DNA of 64,000 bases, from positions 284,873 through 348,872 of the forward strand of contig CAWJEJ010000005.1 in assembly GCA_963841855.1 (NCBI GenBank). The letters are read 5' to 3'. Position 1 is the first letter of the stretch. Each line of letters begins with the position of its first letter. The position numbers and the translations under genes were made by a program. Below, one piece after another: positions 1-8,647 of this stretch. Source of the stretch: Rhodothermales bacterium (GTDB lineage: Bacteria > Bacteroidota > Rhodothermia > Rhodothermales > BA12). The notes beneath the pieces are model-generated. The model did not search any database. It was not told the DNA's origin and saw only the letters and a program-made list of their open reading frames with translations.

Positions 1-63
1 TTCGGGTTCTGAGTGCATGGGCTGGAGCTATCGCGCCGATGCTACATCCCACCACCCCGGCAA

Positions 64-1470
64 TTATCCTCGGGCCACGCCTTCGGCTCGCGCGGCGGCT
101 TCGACTGCCTTGACGACGCTCTTGACTACGCGAGAGTCGAACACGCTCGGGATGATGAACTCGGCTGTCAGCGTATCGTCCGAGATGGCCTGAGCGATGG
201 CGTGGGCTGCGGCGAGCTTCATCCCTTCCGTAATGTCGTTCGCGCGGCAGGCGAGTGCGCCCTTGAAGATGCCTGGGAAGCAGAGCACGTTGTTGATCTG
301 GTTCGGATAATCGCTCCGCCCGGTTGCCATGACCGCTACGTGCTCGAACGCCAACTCGGGCGCGATCTCGGGATCGGGATTCGACATGGCGAACACAATA
401 GGGTTGGGCGCCATCGCCTTCAAATCATCGACCGTAATGAGGTTGGGGCCACTCAACCCGATGAACACGTCGGCGCCGCGAATGACCTCGCTGATGGTAC
501 CGGCTTCCAATAGCGGATTGGAGATCGCAGCGAAGGCCTGCTTGTCCGCCGACAAGTCGCTGCGGCCGCGCACCAGTGCACCGTTGCGATCGACTCCGAT
601 CAGGTTGGTGACGCCCAGGTCGAGAATCATCTTGCCGACCGCTGTCCCTGCCGCGCCCACACCCATGATGACAACTTTAATGTCCGCGGGCCGCTTTCCT
701 ACCACCCGCAACGCATTGATCAGAGCAGCCGTCGTCACGACAGCCGTGCCGTGCTGATCGTCGTGGAAGACGGGAATGTCCAGTTCGGCCTTCAGCCGCC
801 GCTCAATCTCGAAGCAGCGCGGAGCCGAAATGTCCTCCAGGTTGATACCCCCGAATCCGGGTGCGATCCGCTTGACGGTGTCGATGATCGCTTCGGTATC
901 GGTCGTATCCAAGCAGATCGGGAACGCGTTGACGCCCGCGAATTCCTTGAACAGCTGCGCCTTGCCCTCCATGACAGGCAGCGCGGCTTCGGGCCCAATG
1001 TCGCCCAGTCCCAAGACAGCCGTTCCATCGGTCACGACGGCGACCATGTTGCCCTTGCTCGTCAACTCGTACGCCTGCTCGGGATGCTCGTGGATCGCCG
1101 TGCAGACGCGCGCGACGCCAGGCGTGTACGCCATCGACAACTGCTCCCTGCTGCGAATGGGCACTTTGCTGTCGACCGAGATCTTGCCGCCTCGATGCAT
1201 CAGGAACGTGCGGTCGGATACGTTGACGAGGCGAATCCCCTCTAGCGCTTTGATCGTGACGATCAGCTCTTCCAGTTGCCCACCGAGCGAGTAGACGGTC
1301 ACATCGCGCGTGAGAACGGGACCGTCCGACTGGATGATCTCGATGTCGCCGATGTTGGCGCTGTGCTGTCCGATGGCGCTCGTCAGGCGGGCGAGCACGC
1401 CGGGCTGGTTGGCGAGTTCGACGCGGAGCGTGACCGAGTTGCTGGCCTGGGGAATAAAGAAACGGTTCAT
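64..1470 (-). CDS. NAD(P)-dependent malic enzyme with N-terminal ACT domain
   Basis: 468-aa ORF. ACT-like N-terminus (VTLRVELANQPGVLARLTSAIG), then malic-enzyme core motifs (SMAYTPGVARVC, VAVVTDGTAVLGLGDIGPEAALPVMEGKA, Rossmann loop IMGVGAAGTA). Confidence 0.85.
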   Translation of the reverse strand: MNRFFIPQASNSVTLRVELANQPGVLARLTSAIGQHSANIGDIEIIQSDGPVLTRDVTVYSLGGQLEELIVTIKALEGIRLVNVSDRTFLMHRGGKISVDSKVPIRSREQLSMAYTPGVARVCTAIHEHPEQAYELTSKGNMVAVVTDGTAVLGLGDIGPEAALPVMEGKAQLFKEFAGVNAFPICLDTTDTEAIIDTVKRIAPGFGGINLEDISAPRCFEIERRLKAELDIPVFHDDQHGTAVVTTAALINALRVVGKRPADIKVVIMGVGAAGTAVGKMILDLGVTNLIGVDRNGALVRGRSDLSADKQAFAAISNPLLEAGTISEVIRGADVFIGLSGPNLITVDDLKAMAPNPIVFAMSNPDPEIAPELAFEHVAVMATGRSDYPNQINNVLCFPGIFKGALACRANDITEGMKLAAAHAIAQAISDDTLTAEFIIPSVFDSRVVKSVVKAVEAAARAEGVARG

Positions 1471-1568
1471 CGGCGAGAGTTGGGAGAGAGCGACAGCAAC
1501 GCCGTACGACGCTGAGCGGACGCGCTTGGTTTTGAAGACCTGACCGGTTTAGTCGCGGCATCGCTCAC

Positions 1569-1610
1569 AAAAAAAAGCGGAGCCGATCGGATCACTCCAG
1601 TCGGCTCCGC
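1569..1610 (-). terminator. Intrinsic terminator downstream of rpsA
   Basis: On the minus strand, a perfect 10-bp stem GCGGAGCCGA / UCGGCUCCGC with a 14-nt loop, followed by a U8 run. It lies about 36 nt after the rpsA stop. Confidence 0.8.
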
Positions 1611-1646
1611 CAGGGGATTACGTCTGAGACGCTGAGTCAGAGAGAA

Positions 1647-4238
1647 TTAGCCCTCGTCCTCGTCTCCGTCGTCCGCATCGTCGTCGTTGAAGTCGTCGTC
1701 GGTGTTGACCGAGCCTTTGCCGGCTTTGGCCATCGCGTCGATTTCGTTGACGTTAGCTTTCGACGAGGTCGAGGTGACGGGTTTTCCCCCACCTCCTTCG
1801 GCCTTGTCCGCGACGGATGCGTCGGCGGCTTCAGCGGCCTCGTTCGCTTCGGCTTCTTCGAACTGCGCTTTGAGCGCGGCCAGTCCGGACAGTTCGCCGA
1901 GCGTTGCCGGGCCACTGCCCTGCTGCGACGACGCGTACGTCTGGATGTCCTGCCGCTCGCGCTGCTGACCTTCGCGGCGTTCGCGCTGCTCGGCGTAGCG
2001 CGCCGTGCGTGCGGCTTCGCGCTCCTGAGCGACTTCGGACAAGATGATGTCTTTGTTCTGCCCGTCGAAGCGGATGACACTGACGCCTTCGAGCACCTGG
2101 CCTTCCTTGTAGCTGTCGGCCGGATGTCCCTTGCGCTCCAGCTCACCAGCCGGAATGAAGCCTTCGACTTCGAGCGGAAGATCGACCGTGAGTCCTGCTT
2201 CGGCGACGCGTGTGACCGTGACCGGGTGCTGCGTGCCTTCGGCGTAGACGTTCTCGAACTGCTTCCACGGGTTCGTCTCGACCTGCTTGTGGCCCAGCGA
2301 AATGCGGCGGTTGCGCTCGTCGATTCCGAGCACCTGCACCTGAAGCTCCTCGCCCTTGCGGACGACTTCTCCAGGATGGCGCACCTTCTTGGTCCAGCTC
2401 AGGTCCGAGATGTGAACCAACCCGTCGATGCCTTCTTCGATCTCGACGAAGACGCCGAACGCCGTAATGTTGCGCACCTTGCCCGACAGCGTCGAGCCGA
2501 CCGGATGACGCGCTGCGATGCCGTCCCATGGGTCGGCCTGCATCTGCTTCATGCCCAGGCTGATCTTCTTCGACTCGTCGTCGATGTTGAGGATCTTGAC
2601 CTGGGTGATCTGGCCCAGGTTGACGACCTGGCTCGGGTGCTTGACGTGCTCGGTCCAGCTCATCTCGGAGATGTGAACCAGTCCTTCGATGCCACGGTCC
2701 AGCTCGACGAACGCGCCATAGTCGGTGATCGAGACGACCTTGCCTTCGACGACCTGGTCTTCCTTGAACGTCTCGTGGATGGTCTCCCACGGGTGCGGCA
2801 TCAGCTGCTTGTAGCCCAGCGAGATGCGCTGACGCTCGCGGTCGTAGTCCAAGACGACGACGTTAATCTGGTCTTCGATGTTGAGCACTTCGGACGGATG
2901 CGACACCCTACCCCAGCTGAGGTCCGTGATGTGCAGCAGCCCGTCGACGCCGCCCAAGTCGACGAAGACGCCGAAGTCGGTGATGTTCTTGACGGTGCCT
3001 TCGAGGATCTGGCCGGGCTCCATCGTCGAAAGGATTGTCTCACGCTGGGCGAGCAGGTCTTTTTCGACCAGGGCTTTGTGCGAGATGACGATGTTCTCGT
3101 TGGCCGGGTTGAGCTTGACGACCTTGAATTCCATCCGGCGCTCGAGATACGCGTCGAAGTCGCGCACGGGGCGCACGTCGATCTGCGATCCGGGCAGGAA
3201 CGCCTCCATGTCGCCCAGGTCCAGCTGCGCGATCATACCGCCCTTGATGCGGCGGATGATGACGCCTTCGATGACCTCTTCGGTCTCGAATGCTTTCTCC
3301 ACACGACGCCAGCGCTGCACGCTGTCGGCCTTGGTCTTGGAGATGATCGGCTCGCCCTTGTAGTTCTCCTTGCGCTCCAGGAAGACCTCGACGGTGTCGC
3401 CGGGCTTCAGGTCCTGCGAGAACTCGTTCTTGGCGACAACGCCGTCGCTCTTGAAGCCGAAGTCGATCAGGACGTCCTTGGGACCGACGCTGACGACCCT
3501 GCCCGTGACGATGTCCTGCTCGGAGATCTGCGTGATCGTGCCTTCGACGAGCGCTTCGTAGGCGGCACGGCGGCGGCGCTCTTCGACTTCGTCTTCCTGG
3601 TTTTCCAGGTCGGCAAGCGTGACGACGTCGCCCAGGATCTCGCCGGTGTATCCGATCTGGCCTTTGCTCTGGTTCTTGTTGAGGTCGGCGACCGTCATGG
3701 CCGCTTCGTCCTCTACGCGTTCGATGTCGTCGCCCGACACGATCTCTTGGATCGTCTCGACGGCGTCTTCGATGAGATGGCTACCGGCTTCGATAGCGCG
3801 CTCGAGAAAGCTTTTGTGCTCGCCTTCGGCGTCTTGCTTGGCAGACTGCTCGGCGGCTTCGGCCTCGGCCTGCTCAGCGGGCGTGAGCGCTTCGACCACG
3901 TCTTCGACCTTCTCGGCGACGGCTTTTGCAACGTCTCCTGCCTTGTCCGCAACCGTTTCGGCTTTGTCGACGACGATCTCGGCCGTGTCCGCGACGGCTT
4001 CGGCGGCATCGCTGACGGCTTCTTTGGCGGTCTCGACGGCTCCGGAAACGGCGTCGGCAGCGCGCTCGAGGAGGCTTTCCTTTTCTTCGGTAGGCGCGTC
4101 GTCGCTGACCGGCGTGGTCAGTGCGGCTTCGGGCTCGACCGAGGTGGGAGCAGTGTTTTTGGCGTTCGCCGCGTCTGCGGCAACTTCGGCGACCTGCTCT
4201 TCGGCGATCTCTTTGTCTTTTTGCTGGTTATCAGCCAT
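1647..4238 (-). CDS. rpsA: 30S ribosomal protein S1 with long acidic N- and C-terminal extensions
   Basis: Six S1/OB repeats are visible (e.g. ILEGTVKNITDFGVFVDLGGVDGLLHITDLSW, VVEGKVVSITDYGAFVELDRGIEGLVHISEMSW). Lies directly downstream of cmk, the classical order. Start set at ATG 4238 (MADNQQKD) because the longer ORF to 4496 overlaps cmk and is Arg-rich junk. Confidence 0.9.
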   Translation of the reverse strand: MADNQQKDKEIAEEQVAEVAADAANAKNTAPTSVEPEAALTTPVSDDAPTEEKESLLERAADAVSGAVETAKEAVSDAAEAVADTAEIVVDKAETVADKAGDVAKAVAEKVEDVVEALTPAEQAEAEAAEQSAKQDAEGEHKSFLERAIEAGSHLIEDAVETIQEIVSGDDIERVEDEAAMTVADLNKNQSKGQIGYTGEILGDVVTLADLENQEDEVEERRRRAAYEALVEGTITQISEQDIVTGRVVSVGPKDVLIDFGFKSDGVVAKNEFSQDLKPGDTVEVFLERKENYKGEPIISKTKADSVQRWRRVEKAFETEEVIEGVIIRRIKGGMIAQLDLGDMEAFLPGSQIDVRPVRDFDAYLERRMEFKVVKLNPANENIVISHKALVEKDLLAQRETILSTMEPGQILEGTVKNITDFGVFVDLGGVDGLLHITDLSWGRVSHPSEVLNIEDQINVVVLDYDRERQRISLGYKQLMPHPWETIHETFKEDQVVEGKVVSITDYGAFVELDRGIEGLVHISEMSWTEHVKHPSQVVNLGQITQVKILNIDDESKKISLGMKQMQADPWDGIAARHPVGSTLSGKVRNITAFGVFVEIEEGIDGLVHISDLSWTKKVRHPGEVVRKGEELQVQVLGIDERNRRISLGHKQVETNPWKQFENVYAEGTQHPVTVTRVAEAGLTVDLPLEVEGFIPAGELERKGHPADSYKEGQVLEGVSVIRFDGQNKDIILSEVAQEREAARTARYAEQRERREGQQRERQDIQTYASSQQGSGPATLGELSGLAALKAQFEEAEANEAAEAADASVADKAEGGGGKPVTSTSSKANVNEIDAMAKAGKGSVNTDDDFNDDDADDGDEDEG

Positions 4239-4393
4239 GTAAATACGGTGAGGCGATTGCCCCGGGCGTCCGTCGGCGTCGTCTTCCTCGCACGCGGGCG
4301 CGTGTTGCGTTGGGAGGTCTCGGCGCGAGGAGAAGACGAGCGCACGTGCGCGGCCCTCGCAGAGAGCCCGACAACATACGGAAAGCGGGCGGG

Positions 4394-5071
4394 TTAGTCC
4401 CCCGCTTTCTTTTGCTCGACGAGCCGCACGACCAAATCCACCTGATCTTCCATCGACAGCACACCGGTGTCGACGCGGACCGCATCGTGCGCGCATTTCA
4501 GCGGAGCCACGTCTCGGTTGGCGTCGCGATGGTCACGCTCGGCCAGATCGTCGCGGATCTGATCGAATGTCACGTCGTGCCCTCTCGCGACGGCTTCTAC
4601 GAATCTGCGCTCGGCACGCACGTCGAGGTCGGCATCCAAAAACAGCTTCAACTCGGCATCGGGGAAGACGACCGTCCCGATGTCGCGCCCGTCGAGGATG
4701 ACGCCTCCCCCCCTGCGCGTCCAGCTGGCCGCAATCTCGCGCTGTTTGCCCAGTAGCGCGTGACGCACCCAGGGGAGCGCGGCGACTTTGCTCGCTGCTG
4801 CTGTGACGGCGGGTTCGCGGATGCGCTCGGTTACGTCCGATCCGTTGAGGTCGAGCGTGAGCAGGCCGTCCCGGTCGTGGCCGAGTGTCAACTCGAACGG
4901 CTGAGGCAGCGCGTGGAGCGTCCGGTTGGGCCACCCCGCGTCGATCAGCGCGAGCGTGACCGTCCTATACATCGCGCCCGTGTCGAGGTAGAGAAAACCC
5001 AGTGCATTGGCCGCCGCTTTCGCCGTCGAGCTTTTGCCCGAGCCCGCCGGTCCGTCGATCGCAACGATCAC
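4394..5071 (-). CDS. cmk: Cytidylate kinase
   Basis: MIVAIDGPAGSGKSSTAKAAANALGFLYLDTGAMYR P-loop N-terminus; 225 aa; upstream of rpsA. Confidence 0.9.
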   Translation of the reverse strand: MIVAIDGPAGSGKSSTAKAAANALGFLYLDTGAMYRTVTLALIDAGWPNRTLHALPQPFELTLGHDRDGLLTLDLNGSDVTERIREPAVTAAASKVAALPWVRHALLGKQREIAASWTRRGGGVILDGRDIGTVVFPDAELKLFLDADLDVRAERRFVEAVARGHDVTFDQIRDDLAERDHRDANRDVAPLKCAHDAVRVDTGVLSMEDQVDLVVRLVEQKKAGD

Positions 5072-5688
5072 TGGTTCGACCCGCCCACCGACGTGCTGAC
5101 GATTGTGATCGGGTTCGGGTAACGGATCGGGCCGATGGGCGTCTGGATCGTCGGCGTAGCGACGAGGCGGATCGCGCTGGCTCCGGGCGTTTCTTGCCCG
5201 GCCAATGCCGTCGCGATGTTGAGCAGTTCGCCGACGTTGTTGCCGAAGAACGGCACTAGGTCGAGCTGGATGCTGATCGGCACGACCGAGCGCTGTCCGG
5301 CCGGAAGCGTGACGCTGCGGTTGAACACGCCCGACACGGTCTCGCGGTCTTGCAAGAAGAGGGTCCAGTCGAGTTCGAGCATTTGTGCCGTGCCGTTGGC
5401 CTGCGGGTTGTCGGCGCCCAGCATCAGGTCGAACGAGAGCGGAAGCGAGCCGCTGCTGGCAGCCTGCCCAAGTCGAAGCAGGTCCATCGGACGCACGTCA
5501 CTGGAAGTACGAATGCTGCTCAGGTTGACGCCCGCGAGGTTGGCTTGCTGCACGCCGTCGATGGCAAAGTCGACGTTGCGAAGCGCCTGAAACTGGTTGA
5601 GTTGGGTGCAACTGCTCAGGGCGAGCAGGCAAGCGGAGGCGAGAACGAGGCGGCGCGTCATGGCAGATGGGGCTTTTGGTGTCGTCAA
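5068..5688 (-). CDS. Lipoprotein, LEA type-2 (WHy/Hin1-like) family candidate
   Basis: Signal peptide with lipobox (LLALSSC). The remainder resembles the LEA_2 beta-sandwich pattern (VDFAIDGV..., LELDWTLFLQDRETVSG...VTLPAGQRSVVPISIQL). Has a 4-nt overlap with the cmk start. Confidence 0.5.
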   Translation of the reverse strand: MTTPKAPSAMTRRLVLASACLLALSSCTQLNQFQALRNVDFAIDGVQQANLAGVNLSSIRTSSDVRPMDLLRLGQAASSGSLPLSFDLMLGADNPQANGTAQMLELDWTLFLQDRETVSGVFNRSVTLPAGQRSVVPISIQLDLVPFFGNNVGELLNIATALAGQETPGASAIRLVATPTIQTPIGPIRYPNPITIVSTSVGGSNQ

Positions 5689-5981
5689 ACTACGCGCTAG
5701 CCGAGGTCTCGGCGAAGGCTCAGTTTGCCGATCAGTGTCAGATCTCTGGAATACTCTAGCACTGCAACTGCGTCAGAGTGACGGGTCGACTCGCTGCTCC
5801 TCTCGATCCTCGCGAGCAGCGCGCGATGCACTCGGCCCCTCGACCACTGGAAATCACCACTCTGGGCTCGCGGTGACCAAGTGGGGGGCTTCGGTGCAGC
5901 CTGTCAGAGTCAGCAGGTCGCAGTGCTAGGGCCGCTCGCACCGCTGCATAAAATCGCACAGTCCGGCGATCTCGCGCGGCG

Positions 5982-7955
5982 TCACACCGCCGGGACGCTC
6001 GCGTCCTCCTCGAAGATCGGTACGGGCTGGGCGACGTAGCGCGAGACGAGGAACAGGATCAGTATTCCGACCGGCATCGAGATCCACCACGGCGCGTTGA
6101 AACCCGTCGGCAGCGTACCGATCAGGATCGAGACGGCGCCGACGGTCAGCGCGTAGGGAAGCTGCGTGCGGACGTGGGCAATGTGGTCGCAGCCCGACGC
6201 CATCGACGAAAGAATGGTCGTGTCCGAGATCGGTGAGCAGTGATCGCCCCAGACGGCTCCGGCGAGGACGGCCGAGACGGTCGAGTAGACGATGTGCATG
6301 TACTCGGCGTCGGTGTGCAATCCGTCGGCGGCGAGGACGCCCCAGGCCAGCGGGACGACAATCGGCATCAGAATCCCCATCGTGCCCCAACTCGTGCCGG
6401 TCGAGAACGCGGTCGCGGCAGCGAGCAGGAAGACCAGCGTCGGCACGATGCCGGGGACCAGAGCGCCCGAGAGGACGGACGTGAGAAACTGCGCCGTGCC
6501 CAACGCTTCGGTGACCGACGAGAGCGCCCAGGCCATGACGAGGATGACCATAGCGAGCAGCATCGACTTCATGCCGCTGTACCACGCGTCGATGGTCTGG
6601 TCGATGGTCAAGATCCGCTGCCCCATTGAGAGGACCGCTGCGACGAGCACGCTCGCCAGCGACGCCCACATGAGCGAGCGGTAGCTGTCGGCCTCGCCGA
6701 TGATTTCGCGTAGTTGGTTGCCGATATCGCCTAGCCCAAAGCCCAAAGCGAACGCGCCTGAGCCAAACTGCTGCACGCCGGTATAGTACAGCCCGGCCAG
6801 CACGCCGAACACGAGCACGAAGACCGGAATCAGCGCGTTGAACGCCCGCTGCGGCTTGCCCTCGACCGGCATCAACTCTTCGCTGTCCGCCGACGCGTCG
6901 ACGATGGCGTCGGCGCCCAAGACGGCGCCGGTTTCGCGCGCGCGCATCTCGGCTTTGCGCATCGGTCCGAAATCGCGCCCACTGCTCGCGATGAACAGCA
7001 GAAACGCGATGCTGAAGATCGGGTAGAAGCTGTAGGGAATCGAGTTGAGGAAAATGCTGTACGCGCCCTCGTTGAGACCCGCGATCTTGTCGGTCGCCGT
7101 GCCGATCAAGCCGACTTCGTAGCCGATCCACGTCGTCACCAAGGCGAGGCAGGCGATGGGCGCGGCGGTCGAATCGACCAGATAGGCCAGCTTTTCGCGC
7201 GAGATGCGCAGCCGGTCCGTCACGGGCCGCATCGTGTTGCCGACGACGAGCGTGTTGGCGTAGTCGTCGAAAAAGATCACCATGCCCAGCATCGACGTGG
7301 CGACCTGCCCCCGGCGGCTCGTCGACGCGAACTTGACCAGGTGCCGGACGATGCCGAACGTGCCGCCGTTGCGACTGATGATGCCGACCATCCCGCCGAT
7401 CATGAGCGAAAACAGGACGATTGCGGCGTGATCCGTGTCGGCGAGGGCGTTGAGGATGAAGATCTGGAACGCGTCGAGCATGCCCCAGAAGAAACCGGCG
7501 ACCAGAGTTCCATGCACGATCCAGGCGCCGACCCAGATGCCCAAGAACAAGGCCGGAATCACGCGCTTGAACAGCAGCGCGACGCCGATCGCGATGATCG
7601 GCGGCAGTATCGACCACCAGCCCGGAATGGCGCGCGCGGGCGTCTGCCCAATCGTCTGCCCGTTCGACACCACGACGACATCGCCCGAAGCATCCGCGTG
7701 AAGTTTGGCGCGATGCACGTCGCCGTCTGCGTCGTAGGCCAGGCGGACCTCCTGATCGCCCAGCCTCGCCGTCCCACCCGGATGCATCGGTAGCCCGTAG
7801 ACCTCGACCGACACCTCGCCGCCCTGGAGCACGAGTGGCGGCACGACGATGCGAACCGGCTCGGCCTGGACCGCTTCGGCTTCAAACGGCGAGACGTCCT
7901 GCGCGTGGGCGGCAGGCGTCAGGATCAGCAGGAAAAGCAGCAGCGCAGCGCGCAT
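5982..7955 (-). CDS. Na+/H+ antiporter NhaC-family membrane protein with N-terminal periplasmic extension
   Basis: 657 aa. Signal peptide MRAALLLFLLILTPAAHAQ, a soluble region of about 100 aa, then a polytopic core typical of the NhaC family (IPGWWSILPPIIAIGVALLFKRVIPALFLGIWVGAW...). Confidence 0.7.
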   Translation of the reverse strand: MRAALLLFLLILTPAAHAQDVSPFEAEAVQAEPVRIVVPPLVLQGGEVSVEVYGLPMHPGGTARLGDQEVRLAYDADGDVHRAKLHADASGDVVVVSNGQTIGQTPARAIPGWWSILPPIIAIGVALLFKRVIPALFLGIWVGAWIVHGTLVAGFFWGMLDAFQIFILNALADTDHAAIVLFSLMIGGMVGIISRNGGTFGIVRHLVKFASTSRRGQVATSMLGMVIFFDDYANTLVVGNTMRPVTDRLRISREKLAYLVDSTAAPIACLALVTTWIGYEVGLIGTATDKIAGLNEGAYSIFLNSIPYSFYPIFSIAFLLFIASSGRDFGPMRKAEMRARETGAVLGADAIVDASADSEELMPVEGKPQRAFNALIPVFVLVFGVLAGLYYTGVQQFGSGAFALGFGLGDIGNQLREIIGEADSYRSLMWASLASVLVAAVLSMGQRILTIDQTIDAWYSGMKSMLLAMVILVMAWALSSVTEALGTAQFLTSVLSGALVPGIVPTLVFLLAAATAFSTGTSWGTMGILMPIVVPLAWGVLAADGLHTDAEYMHIVYSTVSAVLAGAVWGDHCSPISDTTILSSMASGCDHIAHVRTQLPYALTVGAVSILIGTLPTGFNAPWWISMPVGILILFLVSRYVAQPVPIFEEDASVPAV

Positions 7956-7998
7956 CGGCGAGAGGTGAACGTGGTAATAAAGTGCGACGCTGAAAGTG

Positions 7999-8643
7999 CT
8001 AGCGCGTGCCGTAGAGCCGGTCGCCCGCGTCGCCGAGGCCGGGGCGGATGTAGGCGTTGGCGTCCAGTTCGCGGTCGAGCGCGGCCGTCACGATGGGCAC
8101 GTCGGGATGGGCTTCGGCGAGGGCGCGGACGCCTTCGGGCGCGGCGACGAGGCAGACGAACGACAGGTGCCGCGCGCCCAACTCGCGCAAGCGGGCGACG
8201 GCGGCGATGGCGCTTCCACCCGTGGCCAGCATGGGGTCGAGCACGAACGTGGCGGCATCGGGAAGGCCCGGCGGCAGGCGCTCGTAGTATCCGCGTGGCA
8301 GGTGCGAGTCGTGATCGCGCTGCACGCCGACGTGACCGACGCGCGCGTCGGGCAGCAGCGACAGGAAGCCGTCCATCAGGCCCAAACCGGCGCGCAGGAC
8401 AGGCACCAGGACGACTTCGCGCTCGAACGCGTGGCCGATGGTCGGCTCGAGCGGCGTCACGACTTCGACTTCGCGCATCGGCACCTGGCGCAATGCGTGA
8501 GCGGCGAGCAGCGACGACGCCCGGATGAGCGACGCCCGAAACGTGCCGTGATCGGTCGTCACGTCGCGTAGGATCGTCATCTCGCGCCGCAGGAGGGCGT
8601 GATCGACGACGTCGAGCGAGTCGGGAAGGTTCGGGTCGGCCAT
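7999..8643 (-). CDS. upp: Uracil phosphoribosyltransferase
   Basis: PRPP-binding motif FVLDPMLATGGSA and C-terminal YIRPGLGDAGDRLYGT. Start moved to ATG 8643 so it does not overlap the upstream transporter gene. Confidence 0.9.
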   Translation of the reverse strand: MADPNLPDSLDVVDHALLRREMTILRDVTTDHGTFRASLIRASSLLAAHALRQVPMREVEVVTPLEPTIGHAFEREVVLVPVLRAGLGLMDGFLSLLPDARVGHVGVQRDHDSHLPRGYYERLPPGLPDAATFVLDPMLATGGSAIAAVARLRELGARHLSFVCLVAAPEGVRALAEAHPDVPIVTAALDRELDANAYIRPGLGDAGDRLYGTR

Positions 8644-8647
8644 CGGG

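Noticed and set aside
2124-4397. 757-aa plus-strand ORF
   Set aside because: It is antisense to the well-supported rpsA gene. The translated sequence is Arg/Asp/Leu/Val-rich low-complexity sequence typical of shadow ORFs in high-GC DNA.
4239-4496. 86-codon 5' extension of the rpsA ORF
   Set aside because: It overlaps the cmk 3' end and encodes Arg/Cys-rich sequence. ATG 4238 gives a plausible start with a 155-bp leader.
5797-5838. Possible degenerate family-2 repeat (CGCTGCTC...GAGCAGCG hairpin) in the lipoprotein-NhaC intergenic region
   Set aside because: Only a short inverted repeat and loose similarity to the family consensus. I could not align it convincingly by eye.
5926-7617. 563-aa minus-strand ORF in an alternative frame of the NhaC-family gene
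   Set aside because: It is an Arg-rich out-of-frame translation. The frame at 5982-7955 gives a coherent polytopic transporter.
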